A DNA stretch of 64,000 nt, taken from positions 2,609 through 66,608 of the forward strand of contig CACMET010000007.1 in the NCBI GenBank assembly GCA_902612825.1, read 5' to 3'. Under the pieces are notes generated by a model. The model had not been told where the DNA came from and made no database searches. It saw only the letters and a list, made by a program, of their open reading frames with translations. Shown one piece after another: positions 31,263 through 41,666 of this stretch; the first letter of the stretch is position 1, and the number at the start of each line of letters is the position of its first letter. A program made the translations under genes and the position numbers. Origin of the DNA: an uncultured Alphaproteobacteria bacterium (lineage in GTDB: Bacteria > Pseudomonadota > Alphaproteobacteria > HIMB59 > GCA-002718135).

Positions 31263-31823
31263 ATTGGATAAATATAATATATACGAAAAGATATTATTAT
31301 ATTCAGGAATACTAGTCTTTATGATTTTTATTCTTTTGCCTTTTGTCGAAATGTTTTATGCATCACTTCGACCGTTAGATCATTTATTTAGATCTCCATA
31401 TCAATTTTATTCAGATGATTTATCTTTTTGGGCCTATAGAGAAATGTGGAATACAGTTCCAATGCTTCCACGATATATTTTTAACAGTTTTTTTCTTGCC
31501 TCAGTAACTTCTATTATTACTTTGCTTTTTGTAATTCCTGCAGCTTACTCTTATGCACGTTTTAAATTTCCTTTTAAAAATTCTTCACTCTATATTTTAT
31601 TAGCAATTAATATGTTTTCAGGAGCAGTTTTATTAATTCCTCTCTATAAAGTATTAAGAACATTTGGTTTGCTAAATACATATCAAGCTATGATTGTTCC
31701 CGGTGTTGCTTTTTTAATTCCAACTGCAATTTGGCTGCTAAAGTCTTACTTTGAAAAAATACCAATAGATTTAGAAGAGGCAGCTTTTGTAGATGGGGCT
31801 TCAAGAGTACAAATACTCAGACA
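30915..31823 (+). repeat. 68-bp exact direct repeat (30915-30982 and 31756-31823) in the duplicated permeases
   Basis: AAAATACCAATAGATTTAGAAGAGGCAGC...GTACAAATACTCAGACA is identical in both genes. Confidence 0.85.
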
Positions 31824-32103
31824 CATAATCGCACCTCTTAGTACCCCTGGTCTGGTAGTTGTTGGGATATACGCTTTTATAGGATCTTATGCTCAACAAT
31901 TCTTATTTGCGATTACATTTAATCAGAAAAAAGAATATATGCCTATCCCTTCAGGGCTGTATGAATTTATTGGTTACACAACAGTCAAATGGAATGAAAT
32001 GATGGCAGCCTCTCTTGTTGGGATTGCCCCTGTCTTAATAATTTTCCTTTTTCTACAGAAATATATTGTTGCTGGACTCACTTCTGGGGCAGTAAAAAAC
32101 TAG
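31264..32103 (+). CDS. Carbohydrate ABC permease (MalG-type), copy 2
   Basis: Close paralog of the preceding gene; TTG start 1 nt after its stop. Confidence 0.88.
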   Translation: MDKYNIYEKILLYSGILVFMIFILLPFVEMFYASLRPLDHLFRSPYQFYSDDLSFWAYREMWNTVPMLPRYIFNSFFLASVTSIITLLFVIPAAYSYARFKFPFKNSSLYILLAINMFSGAVLLIPLYKVLRTFGLLNTYQAMIVPGVAFLIPTAIWLLKSYFEKIPIDLEEAAFVDGASRVQILRHIIAPLSTPGLVVVGIYAFIGSYAQQFLFAITFNQKKEYMPIPSGLYEFIGYTTVKWNEMMAASLVGIAPVLIIFLFLQKYIVAGLTSGAVKN

Positions 32104-32178
32104 AAAAATACCCAAAAACTAACTTGCTTCATAGAGCCAGTTAATGTTATCTCTTTTTTATATTTAAATGGAGGAATT

Positions 32179-33390
32179 ATGAATTTCAAAAAACTATCTT
32201 CATTTCTTACAATAGCTATACTTTCACTAGTTGGTTTTAAAACTTATGCTGCTGAAGTACACGGAGTATTTTGTGGCGGTGAGCTTCGACCTAATTATGT
32301 TGAAATAGCCGATAAGTACATGGAAGACAATCCTGGAGTTACTGTAACTCTAGAGGCTGTTCCTTGGGGAACATGTCAGGATAAAGTAATCAATCTTGCT
32401 ATTGCAGGTGATCCTGTTGCATTTTCATATGTTGGATCAAGAACTCTAAAAGGTCTTGCAGAAAACGGACATATTTTAGAAACAAATATACCTGCTTCTC
32501 AAAAAGCAATGTATCAACCAGGTATCCTAAACACAGTTACACACATGGGTAAAACTTGGGGTTTCCCTCATGCGTTTTCAACTAAAGCACTTTTCATGAA
32601 TTGTGGTCTTTTAGAAAAAGCAGGTGTTGCATGTGAAGGTCCTCAAACTTGGGATGAATTATATTCAATGGCTGAAGCTGTAACAAAAAATGTTGATGGA
32701 GCAGCAGGAATTGGACTAGCTGGTAAAGATTTTGATAATACTATGCACCAATTCTTAAACTACCTATACAGTAATGGAGGACAAGTTATTGATCCAATGT
32801 CAAACGAAATAACTTTGAATTCATCTAATACTGTTGAAACATTAGAATTTTATGGAAAGTTAGCAAACGTTGCTCAGGAAGGTCCTTTAGCTTGGGAGAG
32901 ATCTCAGTTAACAGAACTATTTAATGATGAAAAAATTGCTATGTATATTAATGGACCTTGGGGTAGAGGTCAGCATAAGGAAGGTCTAGATGTTAAAACA
33001 GTTAGAATTCCTGCTGGACCACAAGGAAATCAAGGTACTCTTTTAATCACTGATAGTGTTGCAGTTTTCTCAAACACAGGTGTTGAAAAAGAAGCAATGG
33101 AATTAGCTAGCATAATCACATCAGGTGACTCTCAATACAGTCTTGATACTGATTGGGGTCTAACACCAATTATGCAATATCCTCAAATTGGAAATGAAGC
33201 TCCATACAATGAAGATTATTGGATGATGTTTATTGATGCGATTGGCGATGGTGGACCAGAGCCACTATTTGTAGACTACAAAGCTTTTCAAACTGTTATG
33301 AACTCTATGATCCAAGGAGCAATTCTTGGTGAAGGAGATGCTGCGGATTTAGTAGCTGAAGCAGCTGAAGAGTTAGAAGAATACAAATAA
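32179..33390 (+). CDS. Carbohydrate ABC solute-binding protein
   Basis: Signal peptide, P.TWDEL and AMYINGPW motifs; GGAGGA SD. Confidence 0.88.
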   Translation: MNFKKLSSFLTIAILSLVGFKTYAAEVHGVFCGGELRPNYVEIADKYMEDNPGVTVTLEAVPWGTCQDKVINLAIAGDPVAFSYVGSRTLKGLAENGHILETNIPASQKAMYQPGILNTVTHMGKTWGFPHAFSTKALFMNCGLLEKAGVACEGPQTWDELYSMAEAVTKNVDGAAGIGLAGKDFDNTMHQFLNYLYSNGGQVIDPMSNEITLNSSNTVETLEFYGKLANVAQEGPLAWERSQLTELFNDEKIAMYINGPWGRGQHKEGLDVKTVRIPAGPQGNQGTLLITDSVAVFSNTGVEKEAMELASIITSGDSQYSLDTDWGLTPIMQYPQIGNEAPYNEDYWMMFIDAIGDGGPEPLFVDYKAFQTVMNSMIQGAILGEGDAADLVAEAAEELEEYK

Positions 33391-33401
33391 TTACATTATT
33401 T

Positions 33402-33426
33402 TGCTAGGGCAATATTTGCCCTAGCA
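33402..33426 (+). terminator. Perfect stem-loop after the SBP gene
   Basis: TGCTAGGGCAA-tat-TTGCCCTAGCA with no U-tract, so possibly an mRNA stabiliser. Confidence 0.6.
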
Positions 33427-33443
33427 TCTAATATAAAATCTAA

Positions 33444-34172
33444 ATGAGTAAATTAACAAGATCTTATTCCTCAAAAATTAATTCAATTTTAAAGAAGATA
33501 TTAAAAGAAGAAGAAAAAAAATTTTTACAGTGTGCTAAGTTAATTAGTAAATCATATAAAAAGGGTGGGCAGTTATATATTTTTGGAACTGGACACTCTA
33601 GATTACTCGGAGAAGAATCATTTCATAGAGCAGGTGGTTTTGCTGCCGCATGTCCAATAAGAGATGATGATCTCAGTTTTAAAAAAGGAGCAAGAAAGGC
33701 CACTGCTTTAGAAAGAACTCCAAATATTGCAAAAAAAGCTCTAGCTAAATATAAAATTACTAGCAAAGATATATTGATGATTGTATCTAATTCAGGTGTC
33801 AATCATGCTCCAGTTGAAGCAGCTTTGATTGCTAAGAAAAAGAAAATAAAAACTATTTCACTAACATCTGTAAAATACTCAAAACAAGCTCCTCTATCTA
33901 AATTGAATAAAAGATTATTTGAAATAACGGATATATTCATCGATAATAAGATTCCACCTGGTGATGCAATTATAAATATTAAAGATAATATGGTTGGGCC
34001 AGCTTCAACAATTACAGGATCTTTTATTTTAAATTCAATTTTAATTGAAGTTGCAAATATCTTAAAAAATGAAAAATTGTTTCCATTCTATATCAGTGTA
34101 AATATGCCAAATGCTAAAAGAAATAATGACAAATTAGAGAAAAAATTTAGTAAGATTAATCCTCATTTATAA
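33444..34172 (+). CDS. SIS-domain sugar-phosphate isomerase-like protein
   Basis: FGTGHS, E.FHRAGG, SNSGVN and DN..PPGDA motifs. Confidence 0.82.
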   Translation: MSKLTRSYSSKINSILKKILKEEEKKFLQCAKLISKSYKKGGQLYIFGTGHSRLLGEESFHRAGGFAAACPIRDDDLSFKKGARKATALERTPNIAKKALAKYKITSKDILMIVSNSGVNHAPVEAALIAKKKKIKTISLTSVKYSKQAPLSKLNKRLFEITDIFIDNKIPPGDAIINIKDNMVGPASTITGSFILNSILIEVANILKNEKLFPFYISVNMPNAKRNNDKLEKKFSKINPHL

Positions 34173-34227
34173 GTTTTTTTAATTTTTTTAAAAATCAACA
34201 AATTAATATATAAGATAATAAGTTTAG

Positions 34228-35322
34228 ATGACTGATCAAAATAAAGTTAGTGGAAAAATTATTAATTATAATTCTTCCTATATTGGTGATGTATATTTTA
34301 GTGAAAAAATTAGTGACTTAAAAATAAAGGACTCTGATGATTATAATAATATTATAATTCCTGGTTTTATTGATCTCCATTGTCATGGTGGTAATGGTTT
34401 TGATGTAATGGAGGGCTCACAATCAATTATTGAAATGTCTAAGTATCATTTACGACATGGAACCACTTCAATAATGCCAACTACTTGGACCAATACCTTA
34501 GAAAATACTATTTCAGCGTTAAAAGGATTTAATGAAATAAAGAAAGATAATGGTAATAATATCCTTGGAGTTCATTTAGAAGGACCTTTTATTAATCCTA
34601 ATAAACTTGGCGCTCAACCAAATTTAACTGAGAAACCATCTTTAGAGTTTATAAAAAAAATTCTTGAAATTGCCGATGTAAAAATCATTACCTTAGCCCC
34701 AGAAATTGATGGAATGCAAGAATTTATAAATGATTTAGTGGAGCTAAATATTAAGATCCAATTTGGCCACACTTTGGCAGACTTTGATTGCTGTGAAAAA
34801 ATTATGAAAGATCATGAAATTGGTTTTACACATTTGTATAATGCTATGTCTGGTAATCATCATAGATCCCCAGGAGTTTTATCAGCTGCTCTTTTAAAAG
34901 GAAAATATGCTGAAATAATTTGTGATAATATTCATGTTAGTAAAGAAGCAATAAAAATTGCAAAAAAATGTATTCCTGGCCTTTATGCCATAACAGATTC
35001 TATTAACGCTAGCGGACTGAATGATGGAGAATATATTTTTGCAAAAAATAATATTAAAAAAGAAAATTATTCAGTAAAAATTAAGTCTGACGGTACTTTA
35101 GCAGGAAGTATTGTTACTATGGATCAAACTTTTAAAAATTTAATATCAATGAATTTTTCATTAGAAGAAGCAGTTGCTTTAACTAGTTATAATGCTTCTA
35201 AATATATGAATCTAGATAATGTGGGTATAATTCAAAAAAATTTTTTAAGTAATTTTCTTATTTTAGATAAAGAATTTAATCTTAAAGAAGTTTATTTAAG
35301 AGGAAAAAAAATTAATGTCTAG
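34228..35322 (+). CDS. nagA: N-acetylglucosamine-6-phosphate deacetylase
   Basis: PGFIDLHCHG, HLEGPF, TLAPE, THLYNAM, ITD and LAGS motifs. Confidence 0.9.
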   Translation: MTDQNKVSGKIINYNSSYIGDVYFSEKISDLKIKDSDDYNNIIIPGFIDLHCHGGNGFDVMEGSQSIIEMSKYHLRHGTTSIMPTTWTNTLENTISALKGFNEIKKDNGNNILGVHLEGPFINPNKLGAQPNLTEKPSLEFIKKILEIADVKIITLAPEIDGMQEFINDLVELNIKIQFGHTLADFDCCEKIMKDHEIGFTHLYNAMSGNHHRSPGVLSAALLKGKYAEIICDNIHVSKEAIKIAKKCIPGLYAITDSINASGLNDGEYIFAKNNIKKENYSVKIKSDGTLAGSIVTMDQTFKNLISMNFSLEEAVALTSYNASKYMNLDNVGIIQKNFLSNFLILDKEFNLKEVYLRGKKINV

Positions 35323-36337
35323 TTCTCAAGTTTTATCGGAAGCACTTTCAATTCCAAATAAAATTAATCATTTTAGCTTGAATGATAAAAATAATTATCA
35401 GGAAATATCAAATTTAATATCAGAAAAAAAGATTGATTATGTTGTTACTGTTGCAAGAGGTACTTCAGATTGTGCTGCTCTTTATTTGTCTTATATGTTT
35501 GCAAAATATCTTGGTTTACCAACATATAGCATGCCTCCATCTATAATAACTTTAGAAGAATCAAAATTTGATTTTTCGAGAGCATTAGTATTCATTATTT
35601 CTCAATCTGGAAAAAGTGAAGATTTGGTTGAATGTCATAAAATGGTAAAAAAAATGGGAGCAAGGACGATATTAATAAGTAATAACTTAAATAGCCCCAT
35701 TATAAAAACATCTAATTATTTTTTTGATATAAATGCTGGAGAAGAAAAAAGTGTTGCAGCTACAAAAACTTTTGTTTTGTCTTTATTGATAATTTTAAAA
35801 ATTGTTTTTAATACTCTTAATAAAAAAGATATTAATAAGTATATTGAAAAGCTAAGTGATCATTTAATTTTAGATAGTAAAAATCAATGGAATCCAAATC
35901 TATTAGATAAAACCATAAGTAATGGTTATATAATTAGTAGGGGCGTTGGATACGCAATTTCTAATGAAATATCTTTAAAGTTTAAAGAGTTATGTCAAGA
36001 AATGATAGAACCTTTTAGTAGTGCTGAAGTAATGCATGGACCAAAAAGCTTGATAGAAAACTCATTCAAGTTATTTACTATATCACTTAGAGATAAAAGT
36101 GGGATGATAGTAGCAAAAGATTCTAATCAAATTATTTCACTAACTAATCTTCACTATGAAATTACCTATGATAAAAACTCGAAAACAAAATTAAGATATA
36201 AAACTAGTGAAATGATAGAATTAGATCCAATTATAGTACTATCAAAATTTTATCCATGGATAGTTAATTACTCTTTTGAAAAAGGATTAGATCCAGACAA
36301 TCCTAGATACCTAACTAAAGTAACAAAAACATTCTAA
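35315..36337 (+). CDS. SIS-type glucosamine-6-phosphate deaminase (NagB-II)
   Basis: ARGTSD, ISQSG.S, AGEEKSVAATK, SAEVMHGP and DPDNPRYL.KVT motifs; follows nagA. Confidence 0.82.
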   Translation: MSSSQVLSEALSIPNKINHFSLNDKNNYQEISNLISEKKIDYVVTVARGTSDCAALYLSYMFAKYLGLPTYSMPPSIITLEESKFDFSRALVFIISQSGKSEDLVECHKMVKKMGARTILISNNLNSPIIKTSNYFFDINAGEEKSVAATKTFVLSLLIILKIVFNTLNKKDINKYIEKLSDHLILDSKNQWNPNLLDKTISNGYIISRGVGYAISNEISLKFKELCQEMIEPFSSAEVMHGPKSLIENSFKLFTISLRDKSGMIVAKDSNQIISLTNLHYEITYDKNSKTKLRYKTSEMIELDPIIVLSKFYPWIVNYSFEKGLDPDNPRYLTKVTKTF

Positions 36338-36338
36338 T

Positions 36339-37952
36339 TTGAATAATATTGATATAGCAATTATTGGCGCAGGTTCTGCAGGAAGTATAATAGCAAATAA
36401 ACTTCTGAGTGAAACTAATTTTAATATAGCTCTTATTGAGGCTGGGCCTAAAGATAACAATCCTATTATTGATGTTCCTCTTGGTTATGGAATGACATTT
36501 TATAATAAAAAAATTAATTGGAACTTCTATTCAGAAAAACAAGAAAATTTATTCAATAGGCAAATATATTATCCGAGAGGTAAAGTTTTAGGTGGCTCTG
36601 GTTCAATAAATGCAATGGTCTATGCAAGAGGATTAGAAACAGATTATGAGAATTGGGGAAGAAACAAGGAATGGAGTTTTGAAAATATAAAAAAAGTATA
36701 CAGTTCGATGGAGCAACAAATAAATCATGATAAAGAATTTCTTACAAAAGAAAGGATTCCAGTAAATAATGTAAGTAAGCATCATCATCCAATTTTAGAA
36801 TATTTTTTTAATGCTAGTAGTGAAATTGGTATTAAAAAAAATACAAATTTAACTACATCAATTGAAAATCAAGTAGGTCATTATAATATTAATACTTATA
36901 ACGGTACTAGATATTCATCTTCAAAAGTATTTTTAAAGCCTATATTAAAAAACCATAGGTTAATTATATTAGAAAATACCCAAGTAAAAAATTTAATAAC
37001 TAAAGATAAAAAAATTACTGGAATTAAAATTCAAAATAAATCAAAAGAACAAATAATAAATCTATCTTGTGGAGCAATTTTATGTTCTGGTTCTATAATG
37101 ACACCTTACTTGTTAATGCATTCTGGTATTGGTGATAGAGAGCATTTAAAACAATTTGATAAAGAAATAATAATTGATAATTCTAATGTTGGAAGAAATC
37201 TTCAGGATCATCTTGGTTTAGATTATTTATTTAAAACACATCATCATTCACTAAATAAATCTTTAGGAACTTGGCCAGGCAGAGTTACTTCTGTATTAAG
37301 ATATTTATATAATAGGAAAGGACCATTATCATTAAGTATTAATCAGTCTGGAGGGTATGTAAATTGGAATTCAAAACATCATTATCCCAACTTACAGATA
37401 TATTTTAATCCGTTAACTTATTCTATCACTCATAAAAATAAAAGACCTTTGCTAAAAACTGATAAATTTAATGGTTTTATTATTGGTTATAATTCTTGTC
37501 GACCAAAAAGTTTAGGAACAGTTAAATTAAATTCTCCTAATTTTGATGATTCTCCATTGATAGATCCAAATTTTCTATCACATGAAGAAGATATATATGA
37601 TGTTAAATGTGCAATTAATTTTTCTAAAGTTTTGGCAAACACAAATAGTATTAAAAAAATAAGAAATGAAAGTGTTACACATGATCTTTTAAATGCTAAT
37701 GAAGAAGAAATGATTGATCACTTTAAATCTAATGCAGTTTCTATCTATCACCCTTGCGGTACATGTAAAATGGATGAAGATCCTAAAAAGGGAGTTGTCT
37801 CTGAAAGATTAAAAGTTCATGGAATGGAGAATCTTTGGATTGCTGATGCATCTGTTTTTCCAAATATTACCTCGGGCAATATAAATGCTCCTGTAATGAT
37901 GCTTGCTAATCTTGGAAGTAAATTTATTATTGATGATTTAAAAAAAATTTAA
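36339..37952 (+). CDS. GMC oxidoreductase (choline dehydrogenase-like)
   Basis: GAGSAG, RGKVLGGSGSINAM, NLQDH, YHPCGT and GNINAP motifs. Confidence 0.88.
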   Translation: MNNIDIAIIGAGSAGSIIANKLLSETNFNIALIEAGPKDNNPIIDVPLGYGMTFYNKKINWNFYSEKQENLFNRQIYYPRGKVLGGSGSINAMVYARGLETDYENWGRNKEWSFENIKKVYSSMEQQINHDKEFLTKERIPVNNVSKHHHPILEYFFNASSEIGIKKNTNLTTSIENQVGHYNINTYNGTRYSSSKVFLKPILKNHRLIILENTQVKNLITKDKKITGIKIQNKSKEQIINLSCGAILCSGSIMTPYLLMHSGIGDREHLKQFDKEIIIDNSNVGRNLQDHLGLDYLFKTHHHSLNKSLGTWPGRVTSVLRYLYNRKGPLSLSINQSGGYVNWNSKHHYPNLQIYFNPLTYSITHKNKRPLLKTDKFNGFIIGYNSCRPKSLGTVKLNSPNFDDSPLIDPNFLSHEEDIYDVKCAINFSKVLANTNSIKKIRNESVTHDLLNANEEEMIDHFKSNAVSIYHPCGTCKMDEDPKKGVVSERLKVHGMENLWIADASVFPNITSGNINAPVMMLANLGSKFIIDDLKKI

Positions 37953-37955
37953 TTT

Positions 37956-39056
37956 ATGAAAATAGTTAAACTTGAAACATTTACAAAACCATATGTAAGT
38001 TTTGTAAAAATAACAGTTGAGGATGGCTCAATTGGTTTTGGTCAAATGTCAACTTATCATGCAGATATCACAACTCAAATTTTTCATAAACAAGTCGCAC
38101 CTTGGGTTTTAGGAAAAGAATATTTTGATTTTGATGATTTAGAAGATTTTATTTTTGAAAGAGAGCATAAATTTCCAGGATCATATCTTTTACGCGCAAT
38201 TGCTGGTTTAGATACAGCATTGTGGGATTTGAAAGGTAAAATCGAAGGTAAGCCTGTAGTTTCATTGATTGGAGGATCTCCAGGAGATTTAAGAATTTAT
38301 GGTTCATCAATGAAAAGAGATATTACACCAAATGATGAAGCAAATAGATTTAAAAAACTCTTTGATGAAAAGGGTGTTAATGCATTTAAATTTAGAGTTG
38401 GTTCTGAATGTGGAAGAGGGGTTGATGAATGGGAAGGAAGAACGCCTAGTATTGTAAAAAAAATAAATTCTACTCTGGATAAAAGTGTAACTAAAATGGT
38501 CGATGCAAACAGTTGTTATAGCTCTGTTCAAGCAATAGAAATTGGGAAACTTTTAGAAGATAATGATGTTACTCATTTTGAAGAACCTTGTCCTTACTGG
38601 AAACCAGAAGAAACCAAAAAAGTTACTGATAGTTTGAATATAGATGTTACTGGGGGAGAACAAGATTGTGATCTGAGAATTTGGAGAGATATGGTTAACA
38701 GAAAAATTGTAAATATTTTTCAGCCAGATGTTATGTACATGGGGGGATTAACAAAAGCTTTGAAGGTTGCGAAAATTATTGAAAAGGGAGGTTTTATATG
38801 TACTCCACATACAGCTAATTTATCTTTAGTAACAATTTGCACTATGCATTTTTTAAAAGCAATTAATAATGCTGGTCCTTATCTGGAATTTTCAATTGAA
38901 GGTAAAGATTATTATCCTTGGCAGCAGAATTTATTTTTAGGTGATCCCTTTAAAATATCTAATGGAATGGTTAAAATTGAAGATACTCCTGGTTGGGGTA
39001 TTGAAATTAATCCTGACTGGTTAGATAAATCAGAATATAAAAAGACAGAAATATAA
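37956..39056 (+). CDS. Mandelate racemase/muconate lactonising enzyme (enolase superfamily) protein
   Basis: DTALWDLKGK, DAN, EEP, GGEQ metal ligands and PGWG. Confidence 0.88.
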   Translation: MKIVKLETFTKPYVSFVKITVEDGSIGFGQMSTYHADITTQIFHKQVAPWVLGKEYFDFDDLEDFIFEREHKFPGSYLLRAIAGLDTALWDLKGKIEGKPVVSLIGGSPGDLRIYGSSMKRDITPNDEANRFKKLFDEKGVNAFKFRVGSECGRGVDEWEGRTPSIVKKINSTLDKSVTKMVDANSCYSSVQAIEIGKLLEDNDVTHFEEPCPYWKPEETKKVTDSLNIDVTGGEQDCDLRIWRDMVNRKIVNIFQPDVMYMGGLTKALKVAKIIEKGGFICTPHTANLSLVTICTMHFLKAINNAGPYLEFSIEGKDYYPWQQNLFLGDPFKISNGMVKIEDTPGWGIEINPDWLDKSEYKKTEI

Positions 39057-39060
39057 AATA

Positions 39061-39720
39061 ATGATTAAAAATATAATTTTTGATTTTGATGGAGTAATAG
39101 TTGATAGTGAAGTCTTAGCCTCTAAAGCATTTTCCAAATATTTAAGTAAATTTGATAAATCAATTAAAGAGGAGCAATTTTACAAATATGCTGGAAAAAA
39201 AACATTTGAAGTAATAGATTTATTATCTGCTAAATATAAGATTGAAAATAAAGAAAAATTTACAAACGAAATATTCGATATTGTTTCAGAAGTTTATTCT
39301 AAGGATTTAAAACTAGTTGATGGGGCAAAAGATTATATAAGTAAATCAGAAAGAAATCATTTCATTGGGTCTAATAGTAATAAGGATAGAATTCTTGATG
39401 GATTGCAACTTGTTGGGTTAGATAAATTTTTTTTAAGTGATCAGGTTTACTCATTTGATATGGTTAAAAGACCAAAACCTGATCCCGATATATACTTAAA
39501 GGTTTTAAAGGATAATTCACTTAATATAAAAGAAACAGTCATTATTGAAGATAGTGGAGTAGGTGTTAAAGCAGCTACTGCAGCAGGAGTAAGGGTATTT
39601 GGTCTTACTGCAGGAAAACATTGGCATTCAGATAGAGATACAAATGAATTATTTGACAATGGTGCACTGAATGTATTTAGTGATTATGAAAGTTTAGGTA
39701 AGGCAATAGAGGAGCTTTAA
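39061..39720 (+). CDS. HAD-superfamily phosphatase
   Basis: DFDGV.VD, KPDP and IEDS motifs. Confidence 0.88.
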   Translation: MIKNIIFDFDGVIVDSEVLASKAFSKYLSKFDKSIKEEQFYKYAGKKTFEVIDLLSAKYKIENKEKFTNEIFDIVSEVYSKDLKLVDGAKDYISKSERNHFIGSNSNKDRILDGLQLVGLDKFFLSDQVYSFDMVKRPKPDPDIYLKVLKDNSLNIKETVIIEDSGVGVKAATAAGVRVFGLTAGKHWHSDRDTNELFDNGALNVFSDYESLGKAIEEL

Positions 39721-40179
39721 ATGGGGCCAGATGTAAAAGGAAATCCACTTTATATTTCAGTCTATCTTTTGATAGCCTCCTATATTTTAGGTGAATTTAT
39801 TTTTCCTAAATATCCACTGCTATATATTCTTAATCTTTTTGGATTATTAATTATAATTTTAATGCCAATTGTATTTTTTTCCTCAAGAAATGCATTTAAT
39901 GCACATGAAGAAAAATTACCTCCTCAAACTGAAACAAATAGAATTATAAAAACTGGAATTTATGCTTACTCTAGAAATCCAATTTATCTATGTTTTGTTT
40001 TATTTCATTTTGGTATGTTTCTTACCTTTGAAAATATTATGTATTTTATTTGCTCTATAGGATTATTTTTTTGGTTAAATAATTTTGTAATATATGAAGA
40101 GGAGAAATATTTAAAAGATAAATTTGGTGATGAATTTGAAAGATATTGTAATTCGGTTAAAAGATGGATTTTTTTCTAG
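39721..40179 (+). CDS. Isoprenylcysteine carboxylmethyltransferase/PEMT-family membrane protein
   Basis: GIYAYSRNPIY and EEKYL..FG..F..Y...V.RW motifs. Confidence 0.8.
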   Translation: MGPDVKGNPLYISVYLLIASYILGEFIFPKYPLLYILNLFGLLIIILMPIVFFSSRNAFNAHEEKLPPQTETNRIIKTGIYAYSRNPIYLCFVLFHFGMFLTFENIMYFICSIGLFFWLNNFVIYEEEKYLKDKFGDEFERYCNSVKRWIFF

Positions 40180-41036
40180 TTAAAATTTATTGAAGAAATT
40201 TTATGATTTTTTTCAAATTTAATAACGATCTGAGCTTTTTTATTTAGATCCTTCATCATCCATTTAGTTATTTTCTCATAATGTTGAACAAAATATTTAA
40301 TTTCATTTGAAGTCATTCTTTTTGATTTTTTGTTTTTTGATTGATTAGTTTTTTCCTGCTTTAACCGCCATTTAAAAACATTATCAAAAGAGGATGTTTT
40401 TAAAAAAATAAGTTCATCAAATAATTGAAATAATTTTTTATATTCTAATTTTAATTTATTATTATAGAAATTTCTCCATTGATATTTTGGATCTTTAATT
40501 TTTTCTAAATTATTTATATTTTTATGAAGAATTTTTTTTGGAATTTCTGAACTTCCACAACACCAACCTTCTAAGAAAAGAATATCACATTTAGTTTTAG
40601 TTATTTTAGTTGATTTAGTCGTATCATCAATCAACTTATCAAATATAGGGGTTGTGATAGGGTATTTACTTTTATTGAATTGTTTTATATTTTTAAGTAA
40701 TTTTTCAATATCATGTGTTCCTGGAACACCTCGAGTTATTAATAATTGATGTATTTTTTTTGATAATTGAGATCGTTGTTTTCTTGATAAATAATAATTA
40801 TCTAAACTAAGCAAAAGTATTTTCTTATTATAAAATTTTTCAATAGTTTTAGAGATAATATTAATAAATGATGATTTTCCAATACCCTGAGAGCCTCCAA
40901 ATAGGAATTTTTTTGATTTACTAGAGCAAACATAATTTATTATTGGAATTAATTTATCTTCTATATACCTCTTGGAATATTTTTTATTATATGTTTTGTG
41001 TATTTCTATTTGAATATAGTCTATTAATGCACTCAT
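40176..41036 (-). CDS. P-loop kinase, GLYK-type D-glycerate 3-kinase-like
   Basis: GSQGIGKS, SLDNYYL, TRGVPGTHD, EGWC and WRLKQE motifs. Confidence 0.75.
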   Translation of the reverse strand: MSALIDYIQIEIHKTYNKKYSKRYIEDKLIPIINYVCSSKSKKFLFGGSQGIGKSSFINIISKTIEKFYNKKILLLSLDNYYLSRKQRSQLSKKIHQLLITRGVPGTHDIEKLLKNIKQFNKSKYPITTPIFDKLIDDTTKSTKITKTKCDILFLEGWCCGSSEIPKKILHKNINNLEKIKDPKYQWRNFYNNKLKLEYKKLFQLFDELIFLKTSSFDNVFKWRLKQEKTNQSKNKKSKRMTSNEIKYFVQHYEKITKWMMKDLNKKAQIVIKFEKNHKISSINFN

Positions 41037-41068
41037 TTAATACTTATTTATAAACAAAATACTTATAC

Positions 41069-41659
41069 ATGAAATTTCTTTTTGATTTAGGTGGTGTTTT
41101 TTTTGATTGGGACCCTCATTATTTTTATAAAGATGTAATTAAAGACAAAGAAGAAAGAGACAATTTTCTCAATAATATTTGCAATGATGAATGGAATATC
41201 CAACAAGATGCTGGAAGACTTATAAAAGATGCTGAAACTGATCTAATCAAAACTTATCCTGATTATGAAGATAAAATTAAATTATATTATAAAAATCATC
41301 ATAAAATGTTCAGAAAAATCTTTCAGTATTCAGTAGATGTTTTAGATCATTTAAAAAATAAAAAATATGAGTGTTATGTTTTGTCAAATTGGTCTTGGGA
41401 AACATTTCAAGATATGGATACAAAATATCCATTCTTAAATAAATTTGATGGCCTAATAATATCTGGAAAAGAAAAATTGGTTAAACCTAATGCTGAAATA
41501 TATAAATTAGCTACAAGTCGTTTTAATCTAAATCCAGAGGAAACTGTATTTATTGATGATAAAAAAGAGAATATTGAGGCTGCAAAGAAACTTGGTTTTT
41601 TAACTATACATTTAACTGACCCTGAAATAATAATTTACGAAATTAATAGATTTATTTAA
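41069..41659 (+). CDS. HAD-superfamily hydrolase
   Basis: FDLGGV, LSNW, KP and FIDD motifs. Confidence 0.85.
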   Translation: MKFLFDLGGVFFDWDPHYFYKDVIKDKEERDNFLNNICNDEWNIQQDAGRLIKDAETDLIKTYPDYEDKIKLYYKNHHKMFRKIFQYSVDVLDHLKNKKYECYVLSNWSWETFQDMDTKYPFLNKFDGLIISGKEKLVKPNAEIYKLATSRFNLNPEETVFIDDKKENIEAAKKLGFLTIHLTDPEIIIYEINRFI

Positions 41660-41666
41660 TTTAAGT

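Noticed and set aside
36339-37952. Calling the GMC enzyme betA
   Set aside because: Only family-level motifs are visible, and it is paired with an enolase-family gene rather than betB/betI.
39721-40179. MddA methanethiol methyltransferase
   Set aside because: Only 152 aa with generic ICMT motifs; MddA is substantially longer.
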